NCBI RefSeq assembly: GCF_006345805.1
Contig: NC_043004.1
Span: 6,882,001 to 6,946,000 of the forward strand
Direction: 5' to 3'
DNA length: 64,000 bases
DNA from: Octopus sinensis
Lineage: Eukaryota
The position numbers and the translations under genes were made by a program. The notes beneath the pieces are model-generated. The model made no database searches and had not been told where the DNA came from. It saw nothing but the letters and a program-made list of their open reading frames with translations. This document shows positions 53,191 through 64,000 of this stretch, piece after piece. Position 1 is the stretch's first letter, and every line of letters starts with the position of its first letter.

Positions 53191-56100
53191 TAATGCATAT
53201 ACATATATGCTTATTTAGATAATCCATTATATACATATATATATATGCATTTATATACACAAACACATACACACACGTATATTCTACAGAGTGAGTTTCT
53301 AATTGCAACCAAAATCGTTTCTGAGAAGTCCAGTTGAGACTGCTTAAATTTTTCATTCGGATTTTGAACTCATCCTATGTAAGAAAAATGTTTGAACAGT
53401 CGATGGAACTATATAAATAAGCTAACAAAAGCTATTAAATTGGCCAGTTTATTATATTTGATAATTATATATACTAAAATATTGCAAGGAGGGCGAGATG
53501 CAATGTCTTTGGCCAGACATTTGGCGATTATATTGAAATGTTATTTATATAGTTTAACTTCCCTGATAAACTGTCTCCAAAGACGTTTCTAGTGAGTTCT
53601 AAATTCGTTATTGATTTGTGCAACTTTAAAAGAAAAATTTAAGGAGTCTCTATGTTGGATTAACTTTTTTTTTTTTCTTTTTAAATTCAAATACCACTAG
53701 ATCTTGTTAAGATCTGATATCTGAAATGAACTCAAACTCTAAGCAGCTTTTTTCTCCCTTCAGGAATATCTAAACAAACTGCTGAAAAGAAGAAAACTTT
53801 TCGATTAAAAGATCTGTGAGGATAATGAATATACTAAATTTTGTATAGATCTCGATGTGATAAATAGCATGTTATTTTTACCCCATCCCTGATATTATTC
53901 CCTTGTTCATTCATTACATATCCACTGATGGATAGATATTCAAACTCCTTTGGCAGGCGACAGTGAAAATTGGAACTAATGCATGTATATTTTGTGTGAA
54001 AGCATTTGCGTGCGTGTGTGTGTGTGTGTATATACATATGTATATATTTTTTTTTTTACGTGAAATTGTGTACATTGGGAGGGCCATTTTGCCAGTAAAA
54101 ACACACCGGTTGTATTTCATTTTTTTTGTTATCATCAATTAACTTAGACGCTAATCAGATGTCTGATCAGTCAGTCAACCTGTTGTTTGTTAAGTCCTTC
54201 CATTTCAGTCTCTGACTATTTTAATAACTTGCCCTTGTCTGCTCTTTTTGTGACAGAAGCGGAACATATCAGAGCATGTCATAGATAATGTTGCAAACTG
54301 CAATGAAAGAATTCTAATGGACCAACAAATCAATTAATCAAACAGTTAATTATCAGATATAAATAAAGAGAAGTGAAATACAACCAGTGCTTTTGTTTTT
54401 ATAGGAAAAATGAATCTACTGACCCTCCTAAACTACAACATATGTAATATATATATATATATATATATATATCCTAGGGTTACCATGGACATGGTTAAAC
54501 CATATAGAATAAAATACTCAAAAGTATTAATCAATTAGTGTGAACATGTTTTATTAAAACAATGAGTCCAGCAAAAGGTATTTTGTTTTGAGAACATATC
54601 CAATGTATGAAACAAAATCTCTTGTTGGACTCGTCATTTTAATAATAAATGTACGCACGCACACACACACATATATATAAATTACATAAATGAAAGAAAG
54701 TGAGCACTGTGTACATATGAATGTATGTTTTGTGTATCTGGAGTAAAATAAGCAATTTGTGTATTTGCTGTATAAAATGTTGGGTTTGAAATCCTTTCTA
54801 TTCACTGTCCATTTGAAGTTGATGAATTTAGACCAAGCTATATATTCCCAGGTATAGGCTTACACAATAATAAATTCATCTTTTTATTTTTTTTTTTTAA
54901 TCTGTGACTTTACTGTGATTCACACATTATTTTTTTGTAACAATGTTTAGGAGTGCTTTGATGAATCTGGAATTTGTTTTTCCGGAAATTAAATTTTTTT
55001 TCATAGTTGAAAAATGCTTCAAACTATCACAGTTTAAAATCCCTTATAGTATTAGAATATACTTTACTTGTATTTTCTTGCTAGAAACATAGAACTTTTT
55101 TTTTTTTACCTAAAAATGCTTGAAATTACTACAGTTTAAATCCTAATTAGTACAGTATATGCTATTTTGATTTTCTTTTCTTGCTTGAAATAGATAGATA
55201 CTTAGAACAATTTTTAAAATTGGAAGTCTTAACATTCTGACCTAATTAAAATTACTTATTCTACTAGGGGTATTTAGCTTTTCTATTATTATATACAGTA
55301 AGGTGGTTATCAGTCTTTAGGGAATTAATATCTGTGCACATTGCATCTCTTCCTGATATTTTTGTCTGAGTCATTTAGAAATAATCACTTTAACTACAAT
55401 AAATACTATGTCTCAAAATATTACTGACAATATTTATGGGGAAGTGCAGGGCCTATTTATTTTCAAAGTCCTTTCAGTGTATCTTAGTTTGTTTTTTTTT
55501 TAAATTATGTAAACAAACATTTATAATTAGAAATTTAAAGTCTAAATTGAAGTTTAAACTTCTAACATTTGTGGAGGGTACATTTCAAAATGGCATGGTT
55601 TATTTACATTAAATTTTTATTAGCCAATTTAAGGACCTGTTTTCTGCCTTCTTTAATGCATTCTTATAGTATTTTATAAAAACTGAATTTTTTTTTTTTT
55701 TTCTTTCTCCCTCTAAAATCCAGATTCTCTTGGTTATGAATTCCTGTTGTAATCACTATAGTAAAATTAATGTATTGAATCAAAGAATGTGGTTTCATAT
55801 ATAACAACATAAGAACTTTTCTTTAAACTGTTTAGGGTGCAAAAATGTAAACATTTTCATGGTAATTTAACTGATTTAATGTGACCAATTTGATTTCACT
55901 AATTTTACTATCTGCTCTTAAATATTATAATTATTATATCTACATATCCACAAGGATGCTTTTTATTTTGGGGTCACTTTTATTTTTCTCTCTATCTCAA
56001 ATTATATTTTATATAAATCACATTGTTAGGGAATATATTTCTATATTATTAGTCTGTTCCAACATTGTACTGAAATTGTAAGTGGTATATTTGATACCTG

Positions 56101-58557
56101 TGGACTGTTATATTTATATTGTGCCAGCTCTTTAAGTTACTTGAAGGTCTAAGAAAATTTGAAATTGACAGAATTCATAATTTAAATTTATAATGGAATA
56201 TTTAACAAGGTAGACAATCTAATTGCTTAAATTATACATTCTCAAATTGTTTTTTTTTTTATTATTATTTGGAAAGAAATAATTTTTAATGTTTTGTTTA
56301 TCTTCACATATTTTTATTTTATTTTAGTTTACATATTTAAACTGTAGACATGGACAAGTAAAGAGAAGTAAATATTTGCTTGGTTCACCATGCATATTTT
56401 TCTCTTTATGTTTTGTCCATCTATTTGCTAATATATGTACTTGACCATTTGATAGTTTGTAATATTTTCTCATTTATGCAAATGAAATATTTTAATAATT
56501 AACTTCATTGGCAAGCATTTATTTTATTAAATTTTTGGAAAGTTAAATATTTGTGAAAATAATGCTACACAATGACCATGAATTTGTGGGCAAAAGATTC
56601 TGTCAATTTTTAATACCAAGTCTTCTCTGTTGGTAAAAAAATGTTAATAATACTTCTAAGTATTCCTTATATGATAAATAATTTGATTCTTATTCTGAGA
56701 ATTCTTATAGATGCAAAATTGAAATACTCGTGATTTTGAAATAATGGGAAACAAGTTAATTTCACTTGAGATTATTTCCAGCAATATTGGGATTCTAAAT
56801 AGTGGGCTTGCAGAAGCTGTCTGCTAATATTGTGTGATAGTTTAAATGTTGCTAACTGGTGATTGACTTGGAGTGCTTTCCTTAGGCCTTAGTGTTCTCT
56901 TGGCATGTCTCATTGTGTTATTGCAATGGCCATGCCAAGAATATAAACGTTGCTGAAACTAATGGATATGTTGTTGGTATATTAATATTGTTGGTATTGT
57001 ATGATTGATATTTGTTCATGTCATACCTGTTCATTTGGCAGTTTTCTTCACTCCTCTCCCACACCCTTTCCTGTCCCCTTCTGGTATTTTAATCACAACT
57101 CCTGATCAAATTTGCATATCTGACCAAAAATGTCTGAGACTTGACAGTCCTTTCTTTTAAATTTTTTTTTTTAAATTTTACAGAAAATTCTTAAGCATTG
57201 AACAAGGATAAAGACTTCTTTGATGCTGTGCAATATGTGAATAACTGTAATTTTTTGATAAAAATGTTTATTGTAAATTTTTATTTTTTACAAACCCATT
57301 GTTTTTTTAGAGAAAACTCCGGAAAAAATATAAAAAAAAAAAATTCCCTTTCCCAACTTCAGAAATATCTCGACATAACAGAAGATTGATTAGTGGTTTC
57401 ATTCCACTATTTTCATAGACTTTTGGACTTTCACATTGTCAAGGGCCATTGGATTTTCATGTGAGCCATTTTTTTCTTTGTCCTTTTTTTTTTTTTTTCT
57501 GTAAATTTTCTCTTCAAATTTCTTGCAGAATTTTTTCTCTTGGCATGCTGTAACATCATTTTGCCAAGTTCTGAAACTAATGTCTCACATTGCAGACAAA
57601 TGGTGGAATCTGATATGGCTGACTGATTCAACTGACGTATATCATCTCATCTTCTTCCATCGTATGACAGCAGCATTTCTAATGGACTAACATTTATCTG
57701 ACAGCTCATCTGATCGCAGGACTACATGCCTTGCGGAATCATCATCAACACAGGCCCGTGCATCTGAGTGAGTTTTCTCTGACATCTTAACAATCAAGGA
57801 CAAGAGGAGTTTTCATCATACCAGCACCAGAAAAAGATACCAGTTGCCCCACCCCACCCACCCCTAAATTATAATGAAAGCCACTCACACCCACTCTCTG
57901 ATATGCAAATCGTGTTGACTTCATTCTTTCACTTTTTTTTTTTTTTTTTTCATTGTTTGTGTTGATAAATGCTAATATTCTGGAAGGGGAGGGGGGATTT
58001 GCTTTCCTGGAGATAATCTCTCAGCTTTTGCTATTCAAGTAGAATCCTTTGAAAGATGCTGGGCCAAACATAGTTTTCAACTTTATACTAGAGAGCTTGA
58101 AATGTATAAATAGGCTGGTTTATAATTATGAAAATACTGTTAAATAGTTCAGGAGGAATATAAGATTAACATCATTATTTCTCTGTTTTCGAAGCTGACA
58201 TGGGTTTGACAGGAGCTGGTAAACTGGAGGGCTGCTCAAGTCTGTCATCTGTTAGGCATAGTTTTCACAGCTGGATGCCCTTCCTAACATCAACTATTTT
58301 ATTGAATGTACTGGGTGCTTTTTACATGGCTCCAGCTATATGCTATATTACTTCATAGGAAATTAGTCGAAAGTATAAATTGAAAATTAAAGTAGTATGA
58401 ACGCCAGTAAAACAATTTACTTAGAATGTAATATAAAGAAAGAATAGTAAACAAAAGCAATCAAGGGTATGTGGAATAATTACTGGAATCTAGAGTTAGA
58501 AGTGGTGGCAAAATCTAAGAAACTGTTGAAAATATGTGGTCATTAAAGAAGGTAAGT

Positions 58558-58720
58558 GGAGGTGCATAGCTTAGTGGTTAAAGTGTTGGACTTGTGAGAG
58601 TAGGTATATGGTTTCAATTCCTGGAACTGGGCAATGCATTGTGTTCTTGAGCAAAACACTTCTTTTCACATTGCTCCGGTCCATTCCACTGGTAAAAATG
58701 AGTAATTCTCTGATGGACAG
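58558..58720 (+). mobile_element. tRNA-derived SINE family C; related pieces at ~42893-43020(+) and ~62260-62500(-)
   Basis: tagcttagtggttaaagtgttggac...ggtttcaattcc head followed by CORE-like tgtgttcttgagcaaaacact. Confidence 0.55.
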
Positions 58721-60979
58721 TTTTTCTGTCCAAGGAGTGTTTGTGTCTGTGTGTGTGTATATATGTATACACACACACACCAGTGAAACCAGAAAACTGG
58801 CCCAACACTCATTAAGAATCTTCTTGTAGACTGGTTATTGTGTTCACTTTGCATATGAAGAGACACCAATGCAAAGAATATTTTGAAATAGGTTTAAAAG
58901 AATATTATGAAGAGGGCCAACTGGTTGGTATTGACTTGCAGCAAAAAAGATTGTCTAAAAGAAGATTAACAAGGATATAACAGGTTGCTATTATGTATAA
59001 TTTTAAATGTGTGGTTAAGAAGCTCTCTTTACCTGTGGTTTTGAGTTGACTAGGCCTACTATGCGGGATTTTAGGTAAGTGTTTTCTGTTTCTAGTCCAG
59101 TCAACTGATGTCTTGCAGGTGAATTTAGATGACAAACTAACTGGAAGCCTTTTGTTTAGGTGTTTGGTTCCCTGCTGCTTGACAACTGGTGTTTACATTC
59201 ATGTAGCTTAATTTGGCAAAAGCAATCTAGAATAAATACTAGACTTAAAAAAAAAAAAAAAAATTCTAAGGTTGATTTATTTAAACTCTTCAGGGTGGTG
59301 CCCCATCATGGCCAGTCCAGTTATTGAAATATCATTTAATGTCCATGCTGGAATGTGTTGGATGGTTTGGCAGAGAGCTGTCCTGACTATTGTGGCATTT
59401 CTATGGCTGGATGCCCTTCCTAATGCCAACCACTTAGTGTGTAGTGTTCTTTTTATGTGGCACTGGTACCTGAAAGGATAAGCCTGCATGTGTGGAAAAC
59501 TGATTTTTCACTTAGCTTGACATGTCTTATCAAGTACAGCATATGACAAATCTGGTCCTTTGTCATTTCCTCAGTGAGGTTCAGCATCTGAAGATCCATT
59601 CTCCCCACATCTTCCCGGGTTTACCCTTTCACAGGTACCCTCCAAACATCATAGGTTTAGATATTAAAATGACTATAAAATTCCCAACTATGATCTGTTT
59701 CATAAGTTACATATGCAATCATCAGTGAAAAAAATAGTATTTTTATTTTAACTTTATATAAATATATTTTAATTACCTGTTCCATGTAACTTGCAAGAGG
59801 GATGATGTAATTAGTGTTAGTGCCAGTGGGCACAAGCAAAAGTACTCAATACAAATAAAATATAACCAATGCAAATTTGTAGGCACATTTTAAGTTCTGT
59901 CATGGCACACCAAGCTTGAGTGTAAAGATCTGGAACTTGCTTGTTGCAAAGTATTTCAAAGGAAATTCTATAAGTTGAAAATGGTACTATGCAGGAGGGA
60001 GTAGTGTGAGACTTGGATGATTGTGGTTGGTCTTATTTGGAATGGGTAGTGTGATGTTGGATACTACATGGTGGTGGTGGGGGGATTGATGAATCAAGGG
60101 AGATTACTGCAAAAGAATACACTTAATATTCATTTGCCTGTACTCAACTTCCTTAGTAGATTTCTTTGACTCATTTGCCCTACTGCCTCTCAGCCTGGCC
60201 TGTGCTCCAAGTTTCTCCTCTCTATTCCATACCTACAATCAGCAGCTGCCACTTGTGTCTCACTATCCTATCCGGGCAAGTTGGGTCATGTATTACTACT
60301 CAAGCTACTGTTCACAACTAATCAAAGGACACATTTTGGAATACATTGTGATGATCCATTAACTGCTGTTTGGTACTCTGTATGAGCAGCGTCATATTGC
60401 CCTCGTGGAGCAGATATTTCAGTTGAATTTTATATATACTATATATCTTATACTGAGTACTTTTTTCTTGTGTGCATACATAGATGAAATAGCATAATTT
60501 TAACATTTGCTTTTTTAAGTATGGATTGGTTGGAGTTTGCAGCAGATTTTCTATGACCGCATACCTTCCTATCACCAATACTTGCACATTTCAAAATTAG
60601 AGAATAATATGACCAGATGTTTTCACTAAAGATTTGAAATGGACATGTTAAAGCAAAGAAACAGCAATGCATATACCTACATATGTGTATGTCATATATT
60701 TAAAAGAGGCTGCTTTCAGTTTGTCTACCAAATTCACTCACAAAGCTTGCTTGATTCGGAGCTGTTGAAGGCATTTGCTCAAGTGTCATTCAGCAGGGCT
60801 GAACCTGGAACCATATAGTTGGGAAGCAGACTTCCTTGAGCATCTGTTAATATGTATGTGTATATTATTTCTCCTTCCTAATCAGAAGATATTTCTTAAA
60901 TGACCATAAATCCTACCCACTCTTCCAGAAAAACCACTATGTTTGAAGTACATGTAAAACTTGTATAGTATAATTAAGA

Positions 60980-61260
60980 GCTGATGCAAATAAAGACTAT
61001 TGTATGCTGTACTGATGTGTCCATTGACAACACAGCTGTAGAACAACTTAGGGCTTACAGCACAGTTTCTCAGTATCAGTCATCAGCACAACACCATTCC
61101 ATCATCACCTGGAGAATAATACAGCACAGGGCTTGCAGCACAGTTTCTCAGTATCAGTCATCAGCACAACACCATTCCATCATCACCTGGAGAATAATAC
61201 AGCACTTTCAAAGTATTTATGGAATTTGAGAGATTACAAAAAACACTTAGGAACTCAAGG
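60980..61260 (+). mobile_element. Penelope-like element GIY-YIG endonuclease remnant with an internal 78-bp tandem duplication
   Basis: FHHHLENNTALSKYLWNLRDY matches the N.T.LSKY.W.LK segment of PLE endonucleases. 61050-61127 is repeated at 61128-61205. Confidence 0.6.
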
Positions 61261-62502
61261 CAGTATTAAATCACATATAGGAATGGATCAAAGTACTGTA
61301 ATACCTATCTTAGATAAAAGATAAATTCTCCATGATTCACTTTGCCTGCTCCAATCTTGTATAATGAAACGAGTTGTTTTGCAAATTGTTTCCAACTAGC
61401 AGGCATATGCTATTTTCTCAGTGGTAAAAATAATTTTGATTTCCACTTTTCCATTCTTGCATAAGTCAGATAAAATTTGTTGAGCCAGATTCTCTTTCTG
61501 CTACCGGCCCTCACCTGTTTCCATGCGAGTCATCTTTCACTCTTGATACTGTCCTCTCATTTTACACTGATCACGTTCATGAATCACTGGTTTATACCTG
61601 CTCCACACTCTTATCACCTATTCAACCACATGTCATCTCCTGCTCTTTATCATTACTCTTCTGCTACTCTTCACCACATTTTCAGTCACCTTTCTCCTAC
61701 CTCCCTCAACTTGTATTCTTGATTGCCCCTCAACTCTACCTAATTTCTACAGTTGTCACCTACTCTTCCCCACTTTTCCTACTTAACCTTTGACACTTGC
61801 TCATAATTTTCACTATCTCTATCTCTCCCCTAAACTCTTGTAACCTTTGCCCACTCCCTCTTACTCATCTTGTATCTTGACAAATCAATATTTTTACCTC
61901 TTTCTAGTTCCACCCTGAGCACTCTAATCCTGTCTTCTATAACGTGGGTAGCTGCATACCATCCCTACAGCAAGAAGCTTGTTCTGTTGTGCCCTTTCAT
62001 CCCCTAGCATAAAGCCAGTTTGCTCACTATTGTAGCTCCACTTAAAGGGGACCTTCCAAGCTGCATGGTGACCTCACTAGTGCTGCCCCTAGTACACACA
62101 TAAATGGATTATTTTAGGAAGAGCATCCAGCTGTAGAAAGCATGCCAATGCAGACATTAGAGCACAATGCAATTTTTGTCCAAATCGGATCCTGTCAAAT
62201 CACTCGGTCACTGCCAGCATGGAAGATGGATGTCAAAAAATATATTTACACACACACAAGGCAGTGTATGAGCTTTCAGCTAGTTGAACGACCTGCACAA
62301 ATGCTTTGTATCTAGTAATCAAATGTTTATGCCACACATTAGCTCACCCTCTCCATCAAATCAACGTCTGAACAGGTGCTCTGTGTACCACACATCAGGT
62401 GTTGAAGTGATCACAGAGCAACATTGTATGATGCGTTTTGCTCTTGAAACCTCAATCTTGCGATGGTGAGTACAACACCTTGACAACTAGGCCATGTGCC
62501 TG

Positions 62503-62868
62503 TTTTACTCTTTTACTTGTTTCAGTCGTTTCACTGCAGCCATGCTGGAGCACCCGCTTTGGTCGAACAAATCGACCTGAGGACTTATTCTTTGTAAGCC
62601 TAGTACTTAGTCTATCAGTCTCTTTTGCCAAACCGCTAATTTACGGGGATGTAAACACACCACCATCGGTTGTCAAGCGATGTTGGGGGGACAAACAGAC
62701 ACACATATACGACAGACTTCTTTCAGTTTCCATCTACCAAATCCACTCACAAGGCTTTAGTCGGCCCGAGGCTATAGTGGAAGACACTTGCCCAAGGTGT
62801 CACGCAGTGGGACTGAACCCGGAACCATGTGGTTCATAAGCAATCTACTTACCACACAGCCACTCCTA
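62503..62868 (-). mobile_element. SINE family A, comparatively young copy (many CpGs intact)
   Basis: Collinear with 8490-8885 over its full length. Confidence 0.85.
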
Positions 62869-64000
62869 TATATATTAACACATACACACATTCTCTCACA
62901 ATATATGTATGAGTAACTTGGATGTGCCCAAAGTCTGTTGGCTCATGTTCCACATTCTCTCAAGAATACCACCAAATGAATACTGTTCTAACAAGCTGTT
63001 TAAGGAGCAAATAATACTCCAACCAACCAAAAGTAACAATTTTCTAAATTTCTGCCCCATAAGTAATATGGAAATGATCCCTATTGAGAAAAAGATGCCA
63101 ACAATTTTCTCAGATTACAATAAAGTGGATCTGAAAATATGATTCTAAAAAAATTTGTAGACATGTATCCTATATGAAGCATCCAGTGTCTTTCCAGTTT
63201 AACCTTTCATAAAGCAAACTGAAAATCATTATAACAAAAGATCCTTAAAACAGAATGGCCCTAAACATTTATCTACACACAATAATGACATGAAATTTAA
63301 ATATGTCAATAATGCAAGTTGGCAGAAACGTTAGCACGCCAGGTGAAATGCTTAGCAGTATTTCATCTGTCTTTATGTTCTAAGTTCAAATTCCGCCAAA
63401 GTCTACTTTGCCTTTCATCCTTTTGGATGAAAAAGAATCCAGGTTCATAGAAATTATGAAAACAAACCCAAGGCTTTCTTTAAATTTTCTAAAGAAATAA
63501 CCTCAGAGCAGTACAAGATGGGACCATTGTTCTGAGAAAATGGCTCCCTTACTGCAATCCCCCGAAACTTAAGTGAAATATTGAATGAACAATTCAAGTG
63601 TCTTCATCTCTCCTTCGAGGTGAGTTCTGTGCCACTACAGCTGTACCTACAGAGATAGGACGGTTAGTAAAAGGATGCCAACAACACTGATTGTGCTCCA
63701 GTGTGGCCACAGCTCACAGGGTGAAATAGATAAAAAAGTATATTATGTGTATATTCTTTTACTCATTTCAGTCATTTGACTGTGGCCATGTTGCAGCACT
63801 ACCTTATAGAAATTCACCCCAGGACTTATTCTTTGTAAGCCTAGTAGTTATTCTATCAGTGTCTTTAGGCAAACCAATAAGTTATGGGGATATAAACACA
63901 CCAGCATCAGTTGTGAGGTGATGGCAGGTGGAGGAGGGACAGACATATATGTTCATATATCTATACAACAGGCTTCTTTTGGTTTCCGTCTACCAAATCT

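Overview
AT-rich, repeat-dense animal DNA, most consistent with an octopus (coleoid cephalopod) genome; this is inferred from the tRNA-derived CORE-type SINEs, RTE LINE tails ending in (GAT)n and abundant (TA)n/(CA)n tracts. A CpG-rich, nearly TE-free domain (~43-58 kb) holds two divergent genes. One is an uninterrupted PNRC-family ORF (50749-51693, +) with a CRE/CCAAT/YY1 promoter, uORFs and a long putative 3' UTR. The other is the first coding exon of an unidentified Ser/Pro-rich protein (46058-45722, -), whose later exons are unresolved. The flanks are a mosaic of SINEs, RTE/CR1/Penelope LINE remnants, hAT/piggyBac/pogo MITEs and minisatellites. Almost all ORFs in the supplied track are microsatellite or SINE artefacts. 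The best leads are: two ctATGAct stop-start uORF overlaps in the PNRC leader; a strong-Kozak 30-codon uORF ahead of the minus gene; a tRNA-headed element carrying a minimal hammerhead ribozyme; three long fold-backs at 37.2-38.3 kb; and a 73-bp minisatellite amplified from a dispersed retroelement segment. Repeat boundaries were read by eye and are approximate.
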